A DNA stretch of 47,665 nt from Deltaproteobacteria bacterium (GCA_029570245.1 JAKQSH010000367.1:1-47665), one strand, 5' to 3'; counted from the first letter of the stretch, positions 9,077 through 18,123 are shown. A program made the numbers and translations. The notes: generated by a model not told the origin, from the sequence alone.

Positions 9077-9748
9077 ATGAGCGAAGAGAGCATCCGCATT
9101 CCGTTAATCGGCGAACCAGCCCCGGCATTCAGAGCCAACACAACCAACGGTCCGATCAATTTTCCCGAAGATTACAAAGGAAAATGGGTTATTCTGTTTT
9201 CGCATCCGGCGGATTTCACGCCGGTCTGCACCACCGAATTTATGAGCTTTGCAGCCATCCAGGACGATTTGAAGAAGCTCAATACCGAGCTTATCGGACT
9301 CTCAATAGACAGCAATTACAGCCACATCGCATGGCTGCGCACCATCAAGGAGAAGGTCAAATTCCGCAACTGGTCCAACGTTGACATAACCTTCCCTGTC
9401 ATAGCCGACCTTAAAATGGATGTCGCAAAAAAATACGGCATGCTGCAACCCGCAGCCAGTGAAACTCAGGCGGTGCGCGCAGTGTTCTTCATCGACCCCA
9501 AAGGCATCATGCGCGCGCTGATTTACTATCCGCTGTCGAATGGCCGCAACTTCGATGAAATCGTGCGCCTGCTAAAGGCCATGCAGACCTCCGACAAATA
9601 CGGCGTTGCTACACCCGCCGACTGGCGTCCTGGCGAAGACGTCATAATTCCGCCGCCGGGAACCGCACAGCTCGCCAAAGAGCGTGTAGCCGAGCACGGC
9701 GACAAATGCGTGGACTGGTTCCTGTGTTTCAAAAAGCTCGACCAGTAA
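9077..9748 (+). CDS. Peroxiredoxin (Prx6 / 1-Cys-like subfamily)
   Basis: SD GGAGG. Motifs: [42 protein letters not shown] (peroxidatic Cys motif), [11 protein letters not shown], and the long C-terminal extension typical of the Prx6 type. Confidence 0.85.
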   Translation: MSEESIRIPLIGEPAPAFRANTTNGPINFPEDYKGKWVILFSHPADFTPVCTTEFMSFAAIQDDLKKLNTELIGLSIDSNYSHIAWLRTIKEKVKFRNWSNVDITFPVIADLKMDVAKKYGMLQPAASETQAVRAVFFIDPKGIMRALIYYPLSNGRNFDEIVRLLKAMQTSDKYGVATPADWRPGEDVIIPPPGTAQLAKERVAEHGDKCVDWFLCFKKLDQ

Positions 9749-9770
9749 AAAAATGAATCCCTCATAGACA

Positions 9771-9806
9771 AAGCCCGGATCATTGAGTTGATCCGGGCTT
9801 GTTTTC
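9771..9806. terminator. Terminator between the convergent peroxiredoxin and porin genes
   Basis: AAGCCCGGATC (9771-9781), an 8-nt loop, GATCCGGGCTT (9790-9800), then GTTTTC. A second hairpin, CCCCGGAATAAGCTCCGGGG, follows at about 9811-9830. Confidence 0.7.
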
Positions 9807-9858
9807 ATGCCCCCGGAATAAGCTCCGGGGCTTTCTGCGATTAGACTGTCAACCTCCG

Positions 9859-11220
9859 TCAGAATGTCATCTGCATCAGCAGGCGCAGGCGGACATCATG
9901 TTTGGTGTCTGCTGCAACTTTTTCCTGCCACAACAGGCTGACATCACTTGTCAGTTTAAGATGCTTGCCCAGAGGATAGCCGTTGATGCCCAGCGAAAGT
10001 TCGTTGTCGTTCTCAAGCACACCGGCGCCCTTGTAAGCGCTTTCAAGCTCGGCCAGTTCGGCTTCGTCGGCTGCGCCGTCAAGTATGGCCTGAGTGCGGG
10101 CCTGAACATCTTTGCGGTAATCGGAGCCGACGTTTACATGAGAATAGCGCATCACTATTTCGAGATAACGTTCGATCAGATAACCGCTCTGCAGCACCAG
10201 GCCCAGCATGGCGTAATTGAAGTTTCCATCAACTTCCGGCGAACCGTATTCGTCGCTCTTGTCGTAAAAGCCGGTCCAGAAAGTAGTAAGAAAAGACCAT
10301 CCGTAAGCCTTCATCATAAGTTCAAGGCCGGTGCGCATGGCGAAATCGCGGTATGCTTCCGGGCGCGGATCGTAGCTTAAACCCAGACCGGCGGAGCAGC
10401 GGAAATTCGTCTTTTCCCAGTCGGTTTCCGTAGTGACATCAATGCCGTTGTAGTTATATGCATAATGTCCGACCAGCTCAGGATGAATTTTGTCGATGTC
10501 GTCGTTGTCTTCCGAAAGTATCATGGGCTGCAGCATTTTTTCTTTCGAAACTTTCGCCAGACCGGCGTCGTAGCTGGGCCGCGAAGGCGCACCGGTGTAA
10601 ATGCCGAATTCGTATTCATGCTCGCCAGGTTTGTCAAGGCCGTTGTGCAGAGTAAGACCAACCTGGCGTTCGCTGCCGAAATATTTGGGGCCGATGGAAA
10701 AATCCACCAGCGCCTGATTGGTCCAGCTGTTCATGCGCAGGCGCGTAAAACCGACGTAAGTCGAACCAAGGCGCAGTTGGGCGTGGGTATGGAATGAATA
10801 ATCCACAAAGGCATCGACCACGTCGATTTTTCCCGGCACCATTTCGAAGCTGAACTTATAGGTGAAGTCGGGAGTGAAAAGATTGCCTGAAATACCGGGC
10901 TGAATGTGTTTGAAGGTGATGTAATTGCTGTGCGGACCTTCGTCTTCGACTTTCGTCCAGGTTGATTCATAGACCATCTGCACCGCCAGTCCGAATTTTA
11001 TCGAAGCCAGGCCGTCTTCGCTCTTAAGAACGAAAGGCTTGATTTTCAACGGTTTTTCAGGTGCCGCAGCGGGTTTCTGTTCTGCGACAGCCGGAGAAGG
11101 GGTGACAGCTTCATCCGCCGCAACGGCTTCCGCAGCAAATGAAAAACAGGTCAGGATGGATATTGTTACAGATAAGAACACAGCTGGCAGGCAGGTATTG
11201 CGCAATCCTTCTTTTCTCAT
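9859..11220 (-). CDS. Outer-membrane beta-barrel porin (phosphate-selective porin O/P-like)
   Basis: SD AGGGGA. Signal peptide ...CFSFAAEAVA. The sequence has alternating amphipathic strands rich in Y/G/F and a C-terminal ...LLMQMTF ending in Phe, as in OMP beta-barrels. Family assignment is tentative. Confidence 0.6.
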   Translation of the reverse strand: MRKEGLRNTCLPAVFLSVTISILTCFSFAAEAVAADEAVTPSPAVAEQKPAAAPEKPLKIKPFVLKSEDGLASIKFGLAVQMVYESTWTKVEDEGPHSNYITFKHIQPGISGNLFTPDFTYKFSFEMVPGKIDVVDAFVDYSFHTHAQLRLGSTYVGFTRLRMNSWTNQALVDFSIGPKYFGSERQVGLTLHNGLDKPGEHEYEFGIYTGAPSRPSYDAGLAKVSKEKMLQPMILSEDNDDIDKIHPELVGHYAYNYNGIDVTTETDWEKTNFRCSAGLGLSYDPRPEAYRDFAMRTGLELMMKAYGWSFLTTFWTGFYDKSDEYGSPEVDGNFNYAMLGLVLQSGYLIERYLEIVMRYSHVNVGSDYRKDVQARTQAILDGAADEAELAELESAYKGAGVLENDNELSLGINGYPLGKHLKLTSDVSLLWQEKVAADTKHDVRLRLLMQMTF

Positions 11221-11446
11221 AACAGTTCCCCTTTCAGGCTATGAAAATGAATAAGAAGAAAAAAGTACTTACCGGAATTTTTTTTGTTCTGGCATTGTCC
11301 ACGCTGTGATAAGCACCGGATATTCCGTCATAAAACCCCTTGGAACACCAGTGGGAGACATTCTACTGCATTATCCGGGTTGTGTAAACAGGAGAAAACA
11401 GGTAATTCTGCCCGGCGGAAAAGGGTACTGCAATACCATAAAAAAA

Positions 11447-11471
11447 GGGAAGACGAAGGTCTTCCCTTTTT
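11447..11471. terminator. Bidirectional rho-independent terminator downstream of the 903-aa lipoprotein gene
   Basis: GGGAAGAC (11447-11454), GAAG loop, GTCTTCCC (11459-11466). It is flanked by an A6 run on the left and T5 on the right. Confidence 0.8.
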
Positions 11472-11491
11472 ATTCCCATGAAAAAACCGTT

Positions 11492-14203
11492 TTATTGAGA
11501 CAGAGCGGCCAGAGCTGCGAAAGCCGCAGCGGCGTGATCGGCGTCAGGCAGGCCCGGAGCTTCGTAGCCGTCACCTTCGAGATCGACGAAAATCGGGTTG
11601 GCGATTGTAAGTACCGGCTGAGACGGAGAAACCGGCGCAAGGCGCTTCTGCGGCGCTCCGGCCAGCACCACTATCCATGAATCCTTATCGACCGTAAGAT
11701 CGAAGGAAGAATCATAACGGACTACGCCGCTCTGCAACTGATCGGCGTCCACCGCCGCCACGATGTCGCCGTTGACGACGACGCGTATCCAGTCAAGCGG
11801 CATCCAGGTTGGAGCCTGAACTTTTACATGCAGTTTAAAGGAACCGTCGCCGCCCAGATCGGCGGTGTCGCCGATTTCGGCTTCACCGACGTTCATTGTG
11901 ACGAAGGGGCCGCTTGCGGCCTGCACACGCAGATTCTTTATGGCGTCCACGAACATGTCTTCGGTAACGAGTGATGGATCGTCTTCGCCGGTGCGGATGA
12001 ACGAACGCGCGTCACCGGGGCAGGAATCGTTATGACAGTCGGAGACTGCGGTTCCGGCCTTGTGCGCACCCTGATTGAAGAAGCTGAACCAGTCTGCAAG
12101 AGAGTAATTGAGAGCGTCGCCGACATCATTTGCGTTTATCAGCTCCATGGCGTCCCAGTTGAAATCGAAGTCGCCGGCCTCAAAAGAATCAACGCCGACT
12201 ATCGGGTCGTAACTGAAGGTGTTGAAGAAACCCTGCGAGTTGGAGCGCGGATGGTTGATCTGGATGATGCGCGATTCGTATATTTCGCGCATCTGCTGCC
12301 AGATGGCCGGATACTGCGGGTTGTTTTCAAGCGCGCAGCCGGTGGAATCGTAGTCGCCGAACCACTGCACGCCGAAATACGTGTCGCGATCTGGGCGGGG
12401 AGTGATTGGGAACCCGTTGGAGTGCGCCGCGATTGGAGAGACTTCGTCGCCGGCAATAAGGGATATGTACTCGCGAACGCCGACTTCATCAACATAGGGG
12501 TCAAGAACCGAAATCACGTCGTGATCGGTAATAGGCATGCGTTCCAGACCGACGGCGGCCAGTTGCGTCACACGATCCTGAACCGGCACTACGGCGTCGA
12601 TGCTGCGTTCGGTGTGAATGTGCAGGTCGCCCGCCACCCATCCGCTCGAATCGACGGAACGTTCGAGGAAACAATCCAGCTCGAAGTTCGCCCCGGCAGC
12701 CAGGCTTATGCTTTCCTGACAGATTTCATACTCGTAGCCGCGACTGACGGTAATGGTGTATTCGCCCGGCTCGAGCAGGAAAACTCCTTCGCCGGATGCG
12801 GTGAATTCGCGGCGGATGATGCCGGATTCCGCAGCGGCGTTCTGCCCGGCCTGAACCGAAATGCGGGCCGGAATGCGTTCTTTTACGGTGCCGTCGAAAT
12901 GGTCGCCGCCTACGGTGTAGGTGATCCGGCCGGTGGCGGGAACCTCGATATCGGCTTCAGTTGCGGCGTCGGCGTTTACACTGACCGACAGTGTGCCGTC
13001 AGTCCAGGGACGTCCAAGTTGCCCGATGCGCAGCGTATAATCTCCCGGAGGAAGCTTGAGTTCGTTGACTCCCACTCTGGCATGGGCGAAACCGGCAACT
13101 TTTCCATTGGAATCCACAGCTTCGAGTTCGAAAATTTCTTCGGCGTCCTGTTCGTCAGCAACGCTGACTGTGACATTCAGCGTTCCGATTGCAGTCTGAC
13201 GCAGCTGAGCACAGGTCTGCTGAATGCCGGAAATGCTGTCGGCCACGATGAAATAACGGGTATAAGAACGGCTGTTGCCGCCTTTGACGCGGTCGTCGGA
13301 GAATCCCATGTAAGGCAGAATGTCCGCCAGGTCGGTTGCGATGGTTAACTGACCTTCTTTGGGCATGAAACCGTAGGCGATATCTCTGCCGTCGGGTCCG
13401 ACTTTGTTTGACACCGCCATCTGAACATCGAAGGCTCCGTGTGCTGCAAGACCGTTGACGCCCCAGCCGAATCCAGGAGTAAGAATTCTGACACGGTTGC
13501 TCCAGACGATGCCGTCGCCCAGGTCGATGTCCGAACGGTCTTCAGGAGTAATGGTGGTGGTGATTTCGACATAATTCACGTCTGGATACAGCACATAATC
13601 CAGAACAACGGCGGACGGCACGCAAGCCAGCGGCAGTGCGAAATCGACAATGGGAATTCCGGCCAGTACACCGGTGGCGCGCACATGGGCTTTTTCCCCG
13701 CTTTCGCCGTCGTCAATAATTTCCACTTTTTCGGGTCTGAAGGCTTTGATGAAGCCGGTGATCGGCGAGATTTCATCAATCATATCATAGCCTTCACCTT
13801 CACGCAGCACGTCGGCGTCTATGATTGAACCGCCGTATGGCACCCAGCTGCGCGAAGGACCTTCGTCCTGAATTATGAAGCGTACTTTCGAATTTTTCAG
13901 CAAAAAGTCACCGGCTCTGGCGGCGGCATCCGGTCCGCCGATGGCGGGCTGACCCTCGCCGAGCTTGACGGCCAAGAGATCACGCTCCGGCAGTTGCTCG
14001 GTATCTTCGGCGTTTTCTCCATTCTCGGATTCTTCGGATAACTCGGCGTCACCGTCGGTATCGTTTTCTCCGTTGTTTTCACTTTCGGATACATCGTCGT
14101 CCGAATCGCCGTCGGCTGGAACTTCGTCGTCGTCGCCCGAAGAACAGGCGAACATGAACAGCACGAACAGCAGCAGGGCTAAGAGATAAGCCGTCTTTTT
14201 CAT
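11492..14203 (-). CDS. Secreted lipoprotein with a PHP/CehA-McbA-type metal-dependent phosphoesterase domain and Ig/carboxypeptidase-regulatory-like domains
   Basis: SD GGAG. MKKTAYLLALLLFVLFMFAC lipobox, then a roughly 60-aa acidic linker. PHP-type motifs GDLHIHTERSID and PITDHDVIS, plus later HPRS.. and SDCHN. GDYTLRIG and GEYTITVSRGYEYE are beta-sandwich-like repeats. Confidence 0.65.
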   Translation of the reverse strand: MKKTAYLLALLLFVLFMFACSSGDDDEVPADGDSDDDVSESENNGENDTDGDAELSEESENGENAEDTEQLPERDLLAVKLGEGQPAIGGPDAAARAGDFLLKNSKVRFIIQDEGPSRSWVPYGGSIIDADVLREGEGYDMIDEISPITGFIKAFRPEKVEIIDDGESGEKAHVRATGVLAGIPIVDFALPLACVPSAVVLDYVLYPDVNYVEITTTITPEDRSDIDLGDGIVWSNRVRILTPGFGWGVNGLAAHGAFDVQMAVSNKVGPDGRDIAYGFMPKEGQLTIATDLADILPYMGFSDDRVKGGNSRSYTRYFIVADSISGIQQTCAQLRQTAIGTLNVTVSVADEQDAEEIFELEAVDSNGKVAGFAHARVGVNELKLPPGDYTLRIGQLGRPWTDGTLSVSVNADAATEADIEVPATGRITYTVGGDHFDGTVKERIPARISVQAGQNAAAESGIIRREFTASGEGVFLLEPGEYTITVSRGYEYEICQESISLAAGANFELDCFLERSVDSSGWVAGDLHIHTERSIDAVVPVQDRVTQLAAVGLERMPITDHDVISVLDPYVDEVGVREYISLIAGDEVSPIAAHSNGFPITPRPDRDTYFGVQWFGDYDSTGCALENNPQYPAIWQQMREIYESRIIQINHPRSNSQGFFNTFSYDPIVGVDSFEAGDFDFNWDAMELINANDVGDALNYSLADWFSFFNQGAHKAGTAVSDCHNDSCPGDARSFIRTGEDDPSLVTEDMFVDAIKNLRVQAASGPFVTMNVGEAEIGDTADLGGDGSFKLHVKVQAPTWMPLDWIRVVVNGDIVAAVDADQLQSGVVRYDSSFDLTVDKDSWIVVLAGAPQKRLAPVSPSQPVLTIANPIFVDLEGDGYEAPGLPDADHAAAAFAALAALSQ

Positions 14204-14503
14204 TGATCCTTCTCCTTACTTCTCATTTCAGAAAGACAGAGATTCAGAAGTGCTGAAAAACAGCAGACATACAAACAAAGTGAAAAATACATTAGAATTG
14301 TATGAGGCGTTTGTCAAACGGATATTAACCCCGAAAGCTTTCAAACAGCTTGAATTAATGAAAATTAATGGTTGCAGGGAATTTTTCATTTGTTTCAGTG
14401 AACGTCCAGTGACCGGAATTTTCGGGCGGAGCTTGCAGACTGACTGCACTGGCAGTTAACATTTGATCAGCCTGTAAAAATCTGAAATCACATGGAGAAA
14501 AAA

Positions 14504-16270
14504 ATGTCTGCGGTAAAAGCGTTCAATTTTGCTGTTCTGTTTGTTTTTGCAGTGCTGTTTTTCGCCTGTGGAGAAAGCGGAGACGATAACGTCATCCAGG
14601 ATGACGGCGACACCGATTCTCTGGAAATGCCTGAGGAAGATGCGATTGAAGCAGAAGACGCGGAAAGCGCGGAAAGCGCGGAAACCCATGAAATTTCGGA
14701 CGAGGATGCGGAAAACAGCAATCCTTACGGAATAAGCTGGACGTCGTGTTCGCTGGAAGAGGGCGCAGATGACGGACTGGCGTTATGCGCATCGGCCATG
14801 CTGCCGCTTGTATACGAACCATTGGGCGAGAAGCGCATTGAGATTGGAGCCAAATGCTGGAAACCGGAAGGCGAGAGCAAGGCCCAGTTATGGCTTCTTC
14901 AGGGCGGTCCAGGCGGTTCCGGTATGATGACATTCGAGCCTTTCATGCGTGAGATACGCAAGCTGTATGCAGAACTCGAAATATGCACCATCGACCATCG
15001 CGGAGTCGGATATTCGAGCCTGTTGAAATGCCCGGAGCAGGAAGACCCCGACAGCGAAGGAGGCGCATACATATATGCAAGCGAGTGGGACGCCTGCATC
15101 GACTATCTGAACAAAACATATGGGGATGATCTTAAAGCCTATTCCACCAGCAATGCCGTGCGCGATCTGGCGACTTTCATAGACGCCACCCGCGAAAGCG
15201 GCAAAAAAGTGTTTGTCTGGGGCGGTTCGTATGGAACATATCTGGTGCAGCGTTATCTGAGTCATTTTCCGAATCAGGCTGATGGAGTCGTAATGGACGC
15301 CATTCACGCCTGCAGCCAGCCGGCCATCGCTTTCCCCAAATGGTATAACGGCGTCGGCAAACAGCTTTTCGAATATTGCGCCGAAGACGAGTTCTGCAGA
15401 TCAAAACTGGGCGACGATCCGTGGGCCCGCCTGGAAGCCGTGCACAAATCTCTCGATAACGGGCATTGCTCGCAGTTGCAGCTCGACCGTGCCGGGCTGG
15501 CTTATATTCTTGGCTGGCTGACATGGTACTATCCGATCAACAGCATTGTCCCCGCCATTGTTTATCGCCTCGAACGCTGCGAGTACAACGATATGCTGGC
15601 CATAGTGAACATGTACAACAATCTTTTCGGCGGCAACGGCGATCTGCTGGGGCTTGACGGCGCGTGGTGGTCGCAGGTGCTGAACGCCAACATTTCCATG
15701 TCTGACCAGTATTGGGGTGAGGAGTTCGAAGGTGTCGATCTTGACGCATATTTTGCAGCGATGAAAGATGAAGTTCTGGTGGGCAACTGGGGTACCAAAG
15801 AAGAATACGAAATGTACCAGAAGTGGCCCAAATATGAAGACCCGCTGGCAAACACGCTTCCCGACAGCGACATTCCTGTTCTGATGCTTCAGGGAGCAAT
15901 CGACGGCGCCACTCCGCACGAGCAGGCCGCAGTTCTGGGCGAACATCTGAAGGGCGAGCATCAGAACTACATTCTGTTCCCCTATTCCGCCCACGGCGTG
16001 ATGTCCGACTCATTCACTTCAGCCGACGAAGCGACATGCGGCATGAAAATTTTCATGGAATTTCTGAAAAATCCCGAAGTTGACCCCGACACATCCTGCA
16101 TTGCGGAAATTCCGCCGCCTTTCTTTGAAGGCAATCAGAATATTGCACAATATGCCATCGGCTACGACGATCTGTGGGAAAACGGAGAAACGACTCAGAA
16201 ACAGAGCGTAGAATCGCAGGATTTAACGCTCAGGCTGCCGCCGCCGGAATTGCGCAGAATGCCGTATTGA
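14504..16270 (+). CDS. Secreted lipoprotein, alpha/beta hydrolase of the S33 (prolyl/tripeptidyl aminopeptidase, TAP-like) type
   Basis: ATG 14504 has GGAG 7 nt upstream; the track ORF starts at ATG 14492. The FFAC lipobox is followed by an acidic linker. Motifs: LLQGGPGGSG, nucleophile WGGSYGTYLVQRYLSHFPNQADGVVMDAI, and a C-terminal ...YSAHGV His region. Confidence 0.7.
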   Translation: MSAVKAFNFAVLFVFAVLFFACGESGDDNVIQDDGDTDSLEMPEEDAIEAEDAESAESAETHEISDEDAENSNPYGISWTSCSLEEGADDGLALCASAMLPLVYEPLGEKRIEIGAKCWKPEGESKAQLWLLQGGPGGSGMMTFEPFMREIRKLYAELEICTIDHRGVGYSSLLKCPEQEDPDSEGGAYIYASEWDACIDYLNKTYGDDLKAYSTSNAVRDLATFIDATRESGKKVFVWGGSYGTYLVQRYLSHFPNQADGVVMDAIHACSQPAIAFPKWYNGVGKQLFEYCAEDEFCRSKLGDDPWARLEAVHKSLDNGHCSQLQLDRAGLAYILGWLTWYYPINSIVPAIVYRLERCEYNDMLAIVNMYNNLFGGNGDLLGLDGAWWSQVLNANISMSDQYWGEEFEGVDLDAYFAAMKDEVLVGNWGTKEEYEMYQKWPKYEDPLANTLPDSDIPVLMLQGAIDGATPHEQAAVLGEHLKGEHQNYILFPYSAHGVMSDSFTSADEATCGMKIFMEFLKNPEVDPDTSCIAEIPPPFFEGNQNIAQYAIGYDDLWENGETTQKQSVESQDLTLRLPPPELRRMPY

Positions 16271-16284
16271 CGAAAAGCTCAATC

Positions 16285-16301
16285 GGCGCGCGAAGCGCGC
16301 C
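16285..16301. repeat. GC-only hairpin GGCGCGC-GAA-GCGCGCC. The same core occurs at 22490..22514.
   Basis: The core GCGCGCGAAGCGCGC is present at both sites, each in an intergenic 3' region. Confidence 0.5.
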
Positions 16302-16394
16302 GCCAGCAAATGATGGCTGCGTCGGATTGAATAAAAACTAGAATGCGTCAGGCTATCTGGCTGTAAGAACATGTCAGATGCGGCGAGGCGAATT

Positions 16395-16949
16395 TCAGGG
16401 AGAGATACCGATTAGTTTGCGAATGCCGCTCAGGAATATATTGTAACTTTGGGATCGGTTCCCCTCTTCCCGCAATTCCGCGCCAATGGCACGAGCACCG
16501 CTTATTTTCTGATAAAGCGGGACCAGCTTTCTTAGTTCGTCTGACGGACTTGACAGTTTGTCAGGGTTACGGTACTTGCGGGAATTCTGTTGTTTCTTCA
16601 GATTTCTTACTCTCATAGCTGTTTCTACAGCCTGAAGGTCTCCAAGAAACCATGACTCCAGTTCCCTGCAAGAAATGCGAATCAGGCAATCTGATTTTCC
16701 GCTCTGATTGCATAATTCTCTAAGATGAGCTTTCACCACTTTGCAATCGGCTGAGTCCTGATCCCTTACAATAACGAATCTGGCTTGTGGGTCCTGCCAA
16801 GCCCGAAGTTTTCTCGGAATGGATTTTTCAAGGTCGGATTTGCCGCTGTGTGGAATCGCCATGTATTCCACTCCGGGGAACATACGAGGCATAAGACCGT
16901 CCAGCAGTTCCTTCATGGATTGTTCTTCGAGAAGAAACACCAGCTTCAT
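16395..16949 (-). CDS. DUF4276-like small Toprim-related protein (putative nuclease partner of the upstream ATPase)
   Basis: ATG 16949 lies 1 nt after the ATPase stop (TGA 16953-16951), so the genes are translationally coupled. The protein starts MKLVFLLEEQSMKELLDGL, then FVIVRDQDSAD and CRELESWFLGD. This acidic E / DxD / E pattern and the 184-aa size are typical of DUF4276. The 31-codon N-terminal extension in the track ORF (to 17042) overlaps the ATPase and was rejected. Confidence 0.65.
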   Translation of the reverse strand: MKLVFLLEEQSMKELLDGLMPRMFPGVEYMAIPHSGKSDLEKSIPRKLRAWQDPQARFVIVRDQDSADCKVVKAHLRELCNQSGKSDCLIRISCRELESWFLGDLQAVETAMRVRNLKKQQNSRKYRNPDKLSSPSDELRKLVPLYQKISGARAIGAELREEGNRSQSYNIFLSGIRKLIGISP

Positions 16950-16950
16950 A

Positions 16951-18123
16951 TCAAAGCCCCGTGTTCTCGAAGAAACCCTGTTTCCAAAGTTCCCCTGGAA
17001 AGTCGCCTTCCTCCACCAGAGCGCGTATTTGTTTGTTATCACACAAGCGTTTGATGCTCGTGTACCCGTTCTGTTTATTCAACCAGAAGATTTCCTCCAG
17101 TTTAACGCCATTGAGCAAGTCCGGTGAATGTGTGGACACGAACACCTGTCCACCACGCCTTGCGTAAAGTCTGAATTCCTCAGCCAGTTCCTGTAAAAGC
17201 TTTGGGTAAAGCTGATTTTCAGGTTCTTCGACACAAAGCAGTGGGTGGGGAGATGGGTCATATAACAGAACCAGATACGTAAACATTTTTATAGTACCGT
17301 CTGAAACGTATCGCGCCACGAAAGGGTCTTTGAATGCACCGTCCTGAAAGCGAAGAAGGATTTTTCCTTCTTCAGTGGTTGTTGCCTTGATTTCTTTTAC
17401 GCCCGGGACACGCTCAGACATTTTTTTCAGTATTTCATCAAAGATATCACGATGTCTTTCGTACAAAAATTGCGCGACAAGGGCCACGTTCTCGCCCTTT
17501 TCATTCAGATGTTCGGCGTAACCGGCGTCCTGACTTGAGCGGGCATATTCGATGTGAAAATTAGAGACATGCCAGTTTTCTATGAGTTTGCGGAAGGAGG
17601 AAACTACTTTGAATTTCTGAAACTGCCCCAATCCCTTTATCGCCAGAATATCTGGCGAATCAAGCTTCTGCTCGTCACGCTTTATCTCCGCGTCGGGTTT
17701 TCCGTAATCCTCCTCGTTTGTCACGGCCAGTCCCCTACCGTTCTGGAAATCCAGAAAATGCCAGGGCTTGCCTCGTTGTCCACGGCGATATTTCAACAAT
17801 TCCCGTTCAACTACAGGGCGGTTGTCCTTTAGTCCTATGCGGAGAGAATATGTTACAAGAGGCCCCGATTTATCACGGAACTTGATATCGAATCCAATTG
17901 GGCCTGTCGCTTCACGACTTCTCACCTCTTTGAAGCCTCCGCGCCGGGCAAGCGCCTTGTCAACATTGTTCTGAAGAGCATCCCGCAAAAAGCCGAACAC
18001 ATCAAACAGCGTCGATTTGCCGGAACCGTTTGCACCTACAAGCACCGACATCCCGGATAAATTACTCAATTCAGCGTCTTTGAATACCCTGTAATTTTTA
18101 ATGGCAATAGATTCTATCCGCAT
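16951..18123 (-). CDS. ABC/SMC-like ATPase of the AAA_15/AAA_21 type (OLD / AriA / GajA-like ATPase domain, no nuclease domain)
   Basis: SD GGAAGGA. MRIESIAIKNYRVFKD..., Walker A GANGSGKST, signature-like VSDGTIKMF, Walker B LLCVEEPENQLYP, and the VFVSTHSPDLLN H-loop region. Confidence 0.8.
   Translation of the reverse strand: MRIESIAIKNYRVFKDAELSNLSGMSVLVGANGSGKSTLFDVFGFLRDALQNNVDKALARRGGFKEVRSREATGPIGFDIKFRDKSGPLVTYSLRIGLKDNRPVVERELLKYRRGQRGKPWHFLDFQNGRGLAVTNEEDYGKPDAEIKRDEQKLDSPDILAIKGLGQFQKFKVVSSFRKLIENWHVSNFHIEYARSSQDAGYAEHLNEKGENVALVAQFLYERHRDIFDEILKKMSERVPGVKEIKATTTEEGKILLRFQDGAFKDPFVARYVSDGTIKMFTYLVLLYDPSPHPLLCVEEPENQLYPKLLQELAEEFRLYARRGGQVFVSTHSPDLLNGVKLEEIFWLNKQNGYTSIKRLCDNKQIRALVEEGDFPGELWKQGFFENTGL

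Noticed and set aside
16950-17042. N-terminal extensions suggested by the ORF track for the DUF4276 gene (to 17042), fliA (to 43634), the HAD gene (to 41627), the methyltransferase (to 38763), the alpha/beta hydrolase (from 7748) and the decarboxylase (from 6361)
   Set aside because: In each case the extension overlaps the upstream gene or lacks an SD. An internal ATG or GTG with a good SD begins exactly where family-typical sequence starts.
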